Assembly: GCF_963506605.1 (NCBI RefSeq)
Contig: NC_083283.1
Span: 83,514,001 to 83,578,000 of the forward strand
Origin: Zootoca vivipara
Taxonomy: Eukaryota
DNA length: 64,000 nt
Direction of reading: 5' to 3'
Notes under the pieces: model-generated
The model's input: only the letters and a program-made list of their open reading frames with translations
What the model was told of the DNA's origin: nothing
The model's database searches: none
Made by a program: the position numbers and the translations under genes
In this document: positions 49,386 to 61,049 of the stretch, one piece after another
Layout: each line of letters begins with the position of its first letter
Position numbering within the stretch: the stretch's first letter is position 1

Positions 49386-49630
49386 TCTCCCAGCCTCTCC
49401 TCCTGAAATGCAAGGCATTGTCCTCTTGTCTATTCTAAGGCATGTATCTTCTTAACTGTATTTATCCTTTGAATGTGACACAGTGTCCTGCTTATTCCTA
49501 CTGAAATTTCTGAAGACTGGCTTGCAGTAGGGATCTGGTGTTTTTCCTGCGCTGATTCCTTTGTCTAATGGCGACAGCTCTTGAGGAGAGCAACTGCTGC
49601 TCCCCAATTTCCTTCTTTTATCTTGTGCAA

Positions 49631-49650
49631 TACTACCACCTTGTGTTTGA
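49631..49650 (-). promoter_or_regulatory. CSE/CTCF-like site, A8 promoter
   Basis: TCAAACACAAGGTGGTAGTA, ~245 bp upstream of the ATG. Confidence 0.7.
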
Positions 49651-49889
49651 ACTATGCTATGGCATTACAAAAACCAAACGTTTTTTCCAGAATAAGAGCT
49701 GGTTAACATAAGCATCCATGTGGGACAACAGCCACCCTAATGGAATCGAAACCCCATATTCCCAGCTTTATTTCTTTTTAAGAGTTTCTAGCATCTTTAG
49801 AACCTGAGATATGAAATAAAACATATATTTTTTCTTCTTTTGAGGAGGAGGAGGATTTGGTGAGAAATTATAGTTTTATCATCGTACAG

Positions 49890-52209
49890 GCCCGGCTCAT
49901 CCAAGCTGCCAAAGGGAAAAAACTGGTCTCTATTTTGGCACATGGTTTCCAGCAGCAAGAGCAGTCCTACAATGCTCGATCAATCAATCTCACCTGAGGA
50001 GTGGGAGCATCACTTCAGGCAAATGTATGAAATCACAGATGGAGTAGAGATATTGGACGCAGCTATTATGACGAATCTCCCAAGCTGGAACCCGGTCACA
50101 AAGTTAGACATTCATTCTCTACTGTCCAGATCTAGAACAGGGAAAGCGCCAGGGGAAGATCTAATTCCACTTGAGCTCATTAAAGAAAACAGAGAGTGGT
50201 GGTGTCCGGCTTTGGCATCTTTGTTTACTTATAGCAACAAGAAGGGCCACGTCCCAAAAGACTGGGGAATGGCCATTATAATCCCCATTTATAAAAAAGG
50301 GAGCAAGTCAGATCCAGGCAATTATAGACCCATTAGCCTACTTAACACCATCAGCAAACTATATGCTCTGCACCTTAAGAATAAACTATTAGACTGGCTT
50401 GAGATGGAATCCTTAATAGCAGACGAACAGGCTGGCTTCCGAAAAGGCCGAGCCACAACCGACCATTGTCTAGTACTTCAGCACCTGGTTGAAAAGTATA
50501 CAGTCAACAAATCTTCCGCTATATATGTGGCTTTCATCGATTTAAAGACTGCTTTCGATTCCGTCTCAAGAACCAAACTCTGGGAGAAGTTGAAAGCTTC
50601 ATCAATAGACCCACGTTTATACCATCTGATAAGACGACTATATACGAACACCTACCTCAGGATCTGCTGTTCCCCGCAGGGCCAACTAACACGACGGATC
50701 CCCCTTCAGCGGGGAGTTAAACAGGGCTGTGTACTAGCTCCCCTCCTGTTTAACTATTATATAAATGACATGGTACTTAAAGTAAAAGGCCCACAGTTTC
50801 ATTCACCCAAATTGGCAGATAGGCAAATATCTATTCTTTTATATGCGGATGACGCTTTGATTTTATCAAGGACCCCAATTGGGCTACGGAGGGCACTACG
50901 GCCATTAGCGGAATTCTGCAAAGAAGCCCACCTCACTATAAATTATCAAAAGACAAAAATAATGTCTTTCGCTAAATGCCCCAAGAGTCATACATGGCGC
51001 ATAGACGGCCGAAAAATCGAACAGGTCCACTGCCTAAAATACCTAGGCTTCGTCTTCCACGATAGGGGGCTAAAGAAAGCCCACTTATCACGGTCAGCAA
51101 TAGCAGCCCACAAGTCCTCCGCTGCCATTCTAAGTTTTCTGAGATCAAAGGGAGGTCAATACATTCCAGCGGCTCTTAAATTGTTTGAGGCTAAAGTGAT
51201 GGCTCAGCTGCTCTTTGGGGCTAACCTCAACATTCCGCCACCGAATCTGAATATAGCTGAAAGAGTCCAGTCAAAATTCCCCAGAGCAGCTTTACAAATG
51301 CCTCCATGTGTGTAAAACGCTGTGATATGGTTGGAGGCGGGCATGATCCGCGTGGAGGCCAGGGTGTGGATGCAGTCTTGCAACCTATGGATGAAATTCA
51401 ACCTGAACCCACAGGGCTTAATCTTGCTGTTATCAAAAGATAAGTACCATTCCCTTTGGAATAAGGTCATAGTAAATAAGATGCTAAGTTTAGGCCTTCA
51501 TCCAGCCAGCCTGATGTCACATGACCTTGACTCAGCAAAGATCATTGTTAAACAGAGGAGAACAGATATAGAAAGGCAGAAGGACCTGAGTAAAGAACCT
51601 CACTTTCTTATTCAGGAGGAAAGCAGATACATATCTCGCCCAGCTATGTACCTATCCCATCTGGAAATACCTTCTCATTGAAGAGCTTTCACTTTAGCCC
51701 GAAATCGCATCATGCCCTCAGCAGTTCTTCAATGGAAGTACAAACGGATCCCAATGTGCGAGAGATGTTGCCCGTGTGGATCTAGGGAAGTGGAAACTAT
51801 TGGCCACATACTCCTGCGATGCAGCTACTACGAAGAGGTGCGAGGCGAGCTCATCCACACGATACTGGTTGAGCTTCCTGGACGCTCGGACAATTTCTAT
51901 ATAGAGTGGCTTCTTTCAGATGCTAACTCTAACGTGACAGCAAAGGTAGCCAAGTTCTGTGCTAGAGCCATAAAAATCTGAGCCGACCTAGTAAGTAGTG
52001 CTCAAAAATTTCAGGACAGCGCCAAAGATGATCCATTGCTACCATTTGTTGAACCCTCCCAAGTAGTGATATCTTCTTTTATCTAATAATTTTTATAATG
52101 GTTGAAATGGTTTATATTTATTGTTTATATTTTAGATTGTATTTTGGATTGTTTTATGTATATATGTGTACGCTGGTCGAGAACCGTAACAATAAACTAA
52201 ACTAAAAAC
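49890..52209 (+). mobile_element. 5'-truncated non-LTR retrotransposon (RTE-X-like, clade uncertain) with RT and C-terminal Cys/His motif
   Basis: ORFs 49942..51315, 51322..51681 and 51712..51981 share one frame (two nonsense codons); motifs YRPISLL, GVKQGCVLAP, YADD, KYLG, CPCG..E...H.LL.C; (ACTAA)n tail; 13-bp TSD tatcat(c/g)gtacag (49877..49889, 52210..52222); empty site at 63940..63952. Confidence 0.92.
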
Positions 52210-53545
52210 TATCATGGTACAGTATTTTACTTCCATGAATTCCCACAGACACGATATCAGCTGTATGATTTGTGTCCAGCTAAGTCTCTCACAGTGTACA
52301 CTCACTGAAATCAATGGGCATGATTTTATTTTGTTTACATCCATTGATCTCAGTGGAACCTCTTTGAGTTCCACTTAGTTGAATACAATCCTTGGAACCT
52401 TGTTCCCGCTCCCAAAATTACCGTATAATGTCATGTTTTACATTTCTTAGGCTGCTGAAATCTCCTAAGGTTTGTTCCCCCAACCCCCACCCCGCATTAC
52501 AGCCTACCCTACCCTACAGGGCTGCTGGGAAGATAAAATGGGGAGCAGGACAACTATGTAGACCACATTGAACAATTTTTAGATTATTAATGTAAAAATA
52601 AAAATACAATCTATCTGCTAAAAAGGAAAAGAGAGGCTTGGAATGAAGGAGAGTTCCCAGCCATGATGACTGACTCATGAATATACACATTTCATTATGA
52701 AGTTTGCATTCATCTGTAAATGTTCTTTTCCTCTTTGATTCTTCAAAGGGCATTTCATTAGAACAAACACCATGTCCTACAGGCAACTTCCCCTCTTTCT
52801 CTAAAGTATATGCCGCACACACACCCTTCCAGACATGTTAGCATTCTGTATTATTAAGGTTTACCTTGCCATTCTGTCCTTTCACTTCCTCACAGTAGAT
52901 GAATATGTCCTTTTCAATATAAAAGCACATATTCATCTGTAAACATAGGCATGTGAGGAAGGGTCACTGTTACAGTACTTTCTACTCATTGAGCTGGGTT
53001 CCATCTTCCTAATGTGATATATACAAGTAGGAGCCCAGTACAAAATGTTGCACAGATTAGTAAAACAGTTCAGTGCCCCACACAAACCCTCTATTCTCTC
53101 TCTCTTGCTGCCCTTCCCCATATGACATTCTTTCTCTTTTACAGCTGAACGTTCTCTATAGTTGGAGCCCAGAGAAGAACCTCTTTGTCAGATCTTATCC
53201 CCAGTTAGTTGGACCTCCCACCACAGAGGTTGATTGAAGTTAGGCACCTTGGGACACCTGGCATATCTGTACACACAGAGTTCAGTCAACACATGGCACT
53301 CCTATCAGCCATGGGTAGAAAAACAGTAGGACACTTGCCATAATGCATATACTTAATATAGATTTTTATTTATACTTAAAGTGCTTTGTTTGGCCATTTT
53401 TAGTCAATAGGATTTCATTATGGTGTCCCCACCCTGAAAGAGATGGTCAAGTGGAGGGACTTTGGTGTAGTTTGCAAGTGAGTTTCAGGTGAAGAGGATC
53501 AGTTGGACGCTGACACAGTGCGGCTGAATATGAATATGTTTACGG

Positions 53546-54008
53546 AGGTCCGTATAGTTAAAGCTATGGTTTTCCCAGTAGTGATGTATGGAAGTGAGAG
53601 CTGGACCATTAAGAAGGTTGATCGCCGAAGAATTGATGCTTTTGAATTATGGTGCTGGAGGAGACTCTTGAGAGTCCCATGGACTGCAAGAGGATCAAAC
53701 CTATCCATTCTGAAGGAAATCAGCCCTGAGTGCTCACTGGAAGGACAGATCCTGAGGCTGAGGCTCCAATACTTTGGGCACCTCATGAGAAGAGAAGACT
53801 CCCTGGAAAAGACCCTGATGTTGGGAAAGATGGAGGGCACAAGGAGAAGGGGGCGACAGAAGACGAAATGGTTGGATAGTGTTCTCGAATCTACGAACAT
53901 GAGTTTGACCAAACTGCAGGAGGCAGTGCAAGACAGGAGTGCCTGGCGTGCTCTGGTCCATGGGATCACGAAGAGTCGGACACGACTAAACGACTAAACA
54001 ACAACAAC
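53546..54008 (+). mobile_element. BovB/RTE LINE 3' fragment
   Basis: ORF 53503..53997 is nearly identical to the 260..871 protein; (CAA)n tail. Confidence 0.95.
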
Positions 54009-55233
54009 TATTAATGTGTTTCACTACCATTAGCTTAAAGAACATGCTAGACTTTCCTGTTGACCTAAGTCAACAAAACATTTTGCAAAAGATACAACCC
54101 AAAAGAGAAACCTTTCCAGAAAAAGCACCCTAGTGAAGTAGATGGGGGAAAATGCACAGCTTCTGCCAATATGTGAATTTGCCACCCTCATTACACAACC
54201 AACTCATTCAAAACAAGCCATTCCTTATCATTTCTATCCTAGGTTTGGTATGGACCATCCGCAAAGGTACTTCTTTACAATGTCAGGTGTCAAGTCAGCC
54301 TGTTGAACCATTTTGCAGCTATAAACCGCAGAACTTGATTCTTACGTCAAAGGGCTTGTTGTTCAGTGGTAGAGAAACTGCTCTGCATACAAACTCAGAT
54401 AGGTCTGAAATCCTGGAGAGCTGCTGTCAGACTGTACTGAGATAGATGGACCAAAGGTTTGACTCATTAAAAGACAGATTTCTATATTACTTATATTCGC
54501 CTGTCCCGCAATGTTCATTATAATGGCAGAATGCAAGTCAGCCTGCTTGCCCTTAACATATTAGCAGTTCAAATTATAAAACAGAAAACTATGAGAACCC
54601 AGATTTGTTTTCTCAAAATGCCGATTGTTTAAAAGGCCTGGATAAATAAAAAGGTCATCTAACACTGAAAAGGGTCCTCAGTGAGCCTCCTTTGGAAGGC
54701 AATTCCACAGGTGGGGTGCCACCAGCAAGAAGACCCTTTAAATAATGTCATGTATATAACTGGGAAGCCTGCTCTAATCTGGGCTACTGTGTGCATGTAC
54801 TTCAACAGCTGCAGGTACAGGTACATTGTCCACACCTTGGAGGTATGCATATTGTACGACACATTGGTGTATCTGAAGTAGCTATGATATTCTGAGCAAG
54901 TTTTAATATACAGAAAGTCCAAAGGCAGAGGACCTAAATGGCAGGAGGGCTGAAGGAAATAATCTGAACTCAACAATGGGCTTGGAAGAGGTGGCCTGCC
55001 TGAGGAATTGAAGGGTGGAAGAAGAAAGGAGGAGAGAGGAAATATCAAATGGAGAGGATGGACCAGCGATGAAGACAGAGGGAAATGAGGGTGAAAGTAT
55101 CACATGGACTTGAAATAAAAAGATCATTTTTAAACTGAAGCATGCTCTAAAATGTCAAAATATATTGCCAATAAATTTCAAAAACAATATGAGAACATCT
55201 GATATGTCTAATTAAAAAGGAAAAAGAATTCAC

Positions 55234-57654
55234 CTTTTCCACTGATTCTTCTTTCCCCACCTGGTCAGGAATATCTTGGGAAGCAGAAGGAGGGGTCTGG
55301 TTCACATTGAGGTTTGGGTCCCCCACAGAAAAAACAGGAATGAGGGGCCTGAGGAACCTGAACTCGCTGCTTAAGGACCCACCGCTTAAGCAAACATCGT
55401 AGTGGTAACTCCTGGAAAGCGACCCGCTCTGAGAATCCCCACAGTTCTTTGGGATGTCGGGTCTGGCAGGTGGGAAGTGAGGAGGGGCAGCAATAAAACT
55501 TTCCCTGGGATCCCTCCTGCAGATCTTGATGGCAGCAAAGGAAACAATGCAAACGAGGAACACAAAGGAGACTGCAGCCAGGCAGATCACCAAATACAAG
55601 GTCAAGCTCCCATCTTCTTCATGTTGGTCTTTACTAATCTCCACAGCCTTCATATAAGGATCCGATAAGCCACCCACGGGAAGGACATGGAGCATTGCAG
55701 TGCTGCTCTGGGGAGGGAGCCCGTTGTCCCTGACCACTATCATGAGTCTCTGCTTGCTGGTGTCTCGCTCGCTCAGGGCTCTCCTGGTTCTCACTTCCCC
55801 ATTCTGGGCTCCTATGCTGAAAAGACCAGGGTCTGTGGCCTTCAGCAGCTCATAGGAAAGCCAGGAGTTCTGGCCAGAATCTCCGTCCACAGCCACCACC
55901 TTGGTGACCAGGTAGCCAGACTCCACTGATTTGGGGACCAGCTCATTGCAGGGGGATGTGCTGTTCTGAAGAGGGTAGAGGAAGAAGGGAGCGTTGTCGT
56001 TTTCATCTATGATTACGACTCGAATAGTAACTTCTGAGCTGAGGGGAGGAGACCCTCCATCTGTAGCCCTCACCGTCACTTTGAAATCTTTGATCTGCTC
56101 GTAATCCAGAGATCGGAGGGCATACAGATTTCCGCTTTCAGAGTTGACTGAGATGTAAGAGGCCACAAGGACATCAGTGACCTTCCCAGGCAAAAGGGAG
56201 TAGGTGATCTTGGCATTCTTCTCAGTGTCCAGATCAGCAGCACGGACTGAGCCAATGAGCAATCCTGGAATATTGTTTTCCCGTATCTGCATTTCCCATG
56301 AAGACTTTTCAAATACTGGAGGATTGTCATTGACATCTGAGATTTGAACGTTAATGATTCTTGTTGAAGTGAGCCTGGGGGAACCCTGGTCAACAGCTGT
56401 GATGGTGATATTATACTCTGAGACCTTCTCTCTGTCCAAGGGACTTTGTACCACAAGCTGGTAATAGTTATTCATAGTGGGTTTTAATATAAAGGGAAGG
56501 TTTACTTCCACAGAGCACATGGTTCTGCCATTGTCTCCGGAGTCTCGGTCTGAGACACTGAAGAGAGCCACAAGTGTCTCCAGGGTAGAATCTTCTGCCA
56601 AAGGACTAGTGATGGATATTACGGACACTTCAGGGACATTGTCATTCACATCCTCAATCTCTACCAGGACCTTGCAGTGACCTGAAAGGCCCCCTCCATC
56701 TGTTGCACTGATGCTCATGTCATAGCTGCTTTCTTTTTCATAATCAAGCTGACCAGAAAGGGTGATTTCCCCCGTGACTTCATTTAGGTGGAACAAATCA
56801 TATATTTCTTCCGGTACCCGATTGAATGAGTAGGCAATTTGTGCATTTGAACCAAAATCCAAATCTGTAGCTTCCACTTTGGAAATCAGGGTGTCCTGAG
56901 GACTGTTTTCCTTTAACCTTACTTTATATTCAGTCTGTGTAAACTGTGGGGAATTATCATTATTGTCAAGAACATCAATATTTATTTTAACTGTGCCTGT
57001 TTTCTGTGGCTCCCCTCCATCTACAGCTGTGAGAGTCAGTTCCAAGTGTGGGTCCTTCTCCCTGTCCAGTGGTTTCTTCAGGACAAGATCCACATATTTC
57101 CTTCCATTCTTGTTGCTCTCCATGCTAAGCATGAAATGCTCATTGGGACTGAGCGTGTAGTTTTGGATGTTATTTTTCCCCAGGTCCGCATCTTGGGCAG
57201 ATTCCAAGGGGAAATGTGTATTTGGAGAGACATTTTCAGGAATTTCCAGATCAAATACCTTTTTAGAGAATTTGGGGACATTATCATTTATGTCTTCTAT
57301 CTTGATTTCAATACTGAAGATCTTTAAGGGATTTTGCAACACAATTTCAGACTGTAAGAAGCAAGGATCACTCTGGCCACATAATGTTTCTCGGTCTATT
57401 TTATCATTTATCAATAAATTCCCTGAGTGGGTATCAAGGTGAAAATATTGCTTACTGTTCTTAGAAACAAGCTGGGCTCTGCGAACAGAGAGCTCCCCTT
57501 TTCCCAGTTTCAAATCCTCCAGGACATTAGCCACCAAAGACCCCCTTTCCTTTTCTTCGAGCACAGAATAGTGAAGTGAAATACTTAGTGCTCCAGGAAG
57601 ACAAAGGAAAAGCAAAAAATACAGACCTTGTTCCTTTCTGTAGCCGTCTCCCAT
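55234..57654 (-). CDS. PCDHB: Protocadherin beta-like exon, subfamily B (B9)
   Basis: Intact ORF closely related to B7; donor AAG|GTGAAT at 55234; read-through stop at 55147. Confidence 0.93.
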
Positions 57655-58692
57655 GGCTCAAGAATCTCCGGCCAAAATATGAAGTTTCTGACAGTCATCC
57701 AATGATAATCTCTGCTGCTGTATGAAGGAATTTTATGCTGCAGTGTTGACGGCTTTGCTGTGAGGTATATTATCTCTTTATCACAAATGGAAGTCACCCG
57801 TCCTTTGTTTCAGCCACCTTTGTTTGTGCTCATGGCTTCCTGTGAGTTCCTTCAAAAAATTCTGAATTCCAGTTCATGTCTTTGCCTATACTACCACCGT
57901 GTGGCTGAGCATGAAAAATCACTAAGATTCTGAAAATCACGCTGAATGCAGTGCACATTATACTGAACAGGAAAGGTTCAGATTTACTGTATCTCTATTA
58001 ACAGAAAACTGTTTTATTACTAAGAAGATGTCTCTTTTCCATATCAATGAATGTAGATATCACAAAACACTGCATTACCTTCTGTGGTTGTTCTACACTG
58101 TTGTGCATGAGATTCAATCTCATACTGGGAAATTCAGATGCACAGCACATATGGTGCTCTTGTGGAACAATCCCCCCATCAAACATTTTGCAATAACGAA
58201 AGTGACAGGAAAATACCTTGGAAAGTGTAAGATTACTTTTGCTTGATCCAAGTGCTATATGGCCTGCACACAGAGAATGTAACAGGCTATTAATATCTAC
58301 ATAAGTATTAGGATAACAACACTATATCAATTTATATAAGAATGTACGGGAATATATTACATCACATTTTTGTATTCCTCCCCCTATTCACAGCTTTGTT
58401 CTTCTTTTTCCTCACGTCCCCCTCTTTCCCCCCCTCTGTATCACTTTATTTCTATTTTTTAAAAGTAGGAATAATGAATGAATGAATGAATGGAAGCAAC
58501 CTGCATCTCAGCTTTTGTGTAATACTTCCTCCTTCCATATAGAGAGTTCAAAGAGGTTATGAAGTTTTTCTATAGCACAGCAAACCACAAACATATTAAT
58601 ATGAAAGTTTATTTCCCTCTATGCAAGGACAGAAACAACCGTATCAGAATAGAATGAGACAGGTAAAATGGAAAAGGAAAAAATGGGAAGAA
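57655..58692. repeat. Segmental-duplication copy of the B7 upstream region (44927..46253)
   Basis: Colinear high similarity to 44927..46253, except for the Sauria SINE present only in the B7 copy and small indels. Confidence 0.9.
57889..57908 (-). promoter_or_regulatory. CSE/CTCF-like site, B9 promoter
   Basis: TCAGCCACACGGTGGTAGTA, identical to the B7 site. Confidence 0.65.
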
Positions 58693-59027
58693 TCTGCACT
58701 CAGCTGAATTCAGGTTTCTACCTCACAGGTTCAGGGGGACCAAACTAGAGAGAGAAAATTTTGAAATTTAACCATACTGAAAGGATTGAAATGCTACACT
58801 CACTCCCAGCTAAAGAGGATTGGCAACAGAATATGAAGAGCATGCAGATTTAACACAGAGAATAAGAGAGCAAGAAGAACATACATTTTATGAAGAGTGG
58901 GGGGGGGAATTGAATATATGAAAAATGAATGCATGCAGCTGAAAACGATGGCAGCACTAAGATAAATTCAACAGAGTCAATAAATTTTGATGGATGTAAA
59001 AGTGGAAAACTGATTTGAATGGTTATA

Positions 59028-59200
59028 CAGTGGAATCTCGGTTTACAAACGCGGTCCATTCCACGGAGGCGTTCGTAAACGGAGGCATTTGCTCCCCGAA
59101 GGCAGCAAGGGCAGGTAAGGCAAGGGGCCAACATGCCCCCTTGCCAACGCAGGAGCGGCTTCCGTTCACAACCCCTCCCCTCTGCAATGAGGAGAGACTT
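59028..59200. mobile_element. Left half of a Tc1/mariner-like MITE
   Basis: TA|CAGTGGAATCTCGGTTTACAAAC, same TIR family as 30621; right TIR missing. Confidence 0.7.
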
Positions 59201-60916
59201 TGCTGATGCTGAATATAAAAAGGAATGCTTGCAGACTTCTTCACTTCCATGACATGAAGAAAGTTCTTCCGGGGTTGGAAATGAGGAAAAAGAATCTGAT
59301 ACAGAAGATGGAAGTGAATCAAATTTCCCAGTACTTTGAAAAACAACATTATTCAATTTGTAGTGAGCCAGGTGGGAGATACCTTTATCACTTTACACTA
59401 GAGAAAAGCTCAAAGAATGAAAAACCAGCTGAAATAATTGCTGACAATTTACTGAATTTCATGAAAGAGAAAGATATTGATAAAACAATACAAGCAATTG
59501 GAGGTGATTTAACAAATATTAATACCGGCTGGGAAGGTGGCACCATGCACTGGGTAGAAGTCAAACTAGGCCGCAAACTTAACTGGCTAGTTTGTGCCCT
59601 TGATGGGAAGACTTTGTCAAACAACAAGTGGACAGGTGACATTGATAAAATGTTAGATGCAGCTACAGAGCTTGATATTAATCCTAAATTTCAAAAAAAA
59701 ATCAATTGGAGTACCTGTTATTGAACTCAGTGACAATATTATGAAGGATCTGTCAACCGATCAAGTGTATGTATATAGAATTACACAGGCCATAAGAGCA
59801 GGTAAACTTTCCAGTAATCAGGCACTTCTTGAAATTGGACCAGTGAGCCATTCAAGGTGGCTTACAACAGCAAACAGACTTTGTCGCTTGTGGGTTTCCA
59901 AACATGGCCTAAAAGGCAAAAACCTCAAGAATTTAAGGCTGATTGTGGAATACATCGTTGGTGAGTACTATCCATGTTGGTTCAATATCAAAATAAAGCA
60001 TTTGTGGGTAGAAGGCCCATGCCATTTGTTGTTTCAATTGCAGCAGCTTAGGCTGCAAAACAAGGCTGTAGTAAATGCTGTTATGCCGACTGTTAAGCGT
60101 TCAGCGTGGTATGCATTTAGTGAAATGTTAATTCAGAAACTGCTGTGCTCAAATAATAAGGAAGAAAGGAGAGCTGGAATTCAAAAGATCATCGATTTGA
60201 GAGGTGGCAATGATGATACATTTGGAGACCTTTTAATACGTCCAAGGAAGACACCTTCTATAAACACCTCTGCTTCAAACTTATTGGAGACTGGTTTGAT
60301 GGAGTATATGAACCTCCATTAACATGCAAAATGACCTTGACAGAAATAAATGAATTTATTGACAAGCCTATGCAAGTTCCTCAGTGGCCTTGTCATGGTC
60401 AAGGGATTGAAAGATATGTAAAACAAGGCTGCAGGAAAAGTGTATACACAGGAAAAAAAGGGAGGGCTACATCAGAGGCCAAGAAGCAGGTCGTCGGTTT
60501 TTGTCAAGAAATGAATCAAAAAAGGACTTGATGAAACTTGTTCTTAATTCTAATTTATGTTATTCTTTCTTTCTTTTTTACTATAATAGGACGTTATAAG
60601 ATAATGATATGTTGTTACAGCTGGAAACAAAATTTCTTTATATTTTCGCTTGTATAAAATGATTAAAAACTTTAAAGACCCCCTTTTCTTCGGGCACAGA
60701 ATAGTGAAGTGAAATACTTAGTGCTCGCTTCAAAATGCGAGCTGTTGGCTTTTTTAAAGTGTATTTCAAACAAATCTCAATTTACCTAGCTAATTATCAG
60801 CCATTCATAAAAATAATTGCAGATTTGGATTCCTCGTGTGCAATAACATATTTTTAGAACCTCTCATTGAGCAAATTCACAAAAGAAAATTTTCTGTCCT
60901 TAAATGACACACCCTA
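59200..60916 (+). mobile_element. Decayed DNA transposon with frameshifted transposase, hATm-like (hAT superfamily)
   Basis: ORFs 59200..59724, 59657..60322 and 60331..60531 give IGGD.TNINTGWEGG...KLGRKLNWLVCAL, GPVSHSRWLTTANR and PCHGQGIER.VK; right terminus reads TAGGGTGTGTCATTTAAGG on the minus strand; left end deleted. Family assignment is from motif recall. Confidence 0.7.
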
Positions 60917-61049
60917 TGTGGATATTTTAAAGTTGGTAAAATATTTATTTGGAAATCTAAAATATAAATTTAATGAAAATTATTATCAAACTAGAGAGAG
61001 AGAAATCTGAAATTGAACCACACAGAAAGGATTCAAATGCTACACTCAC

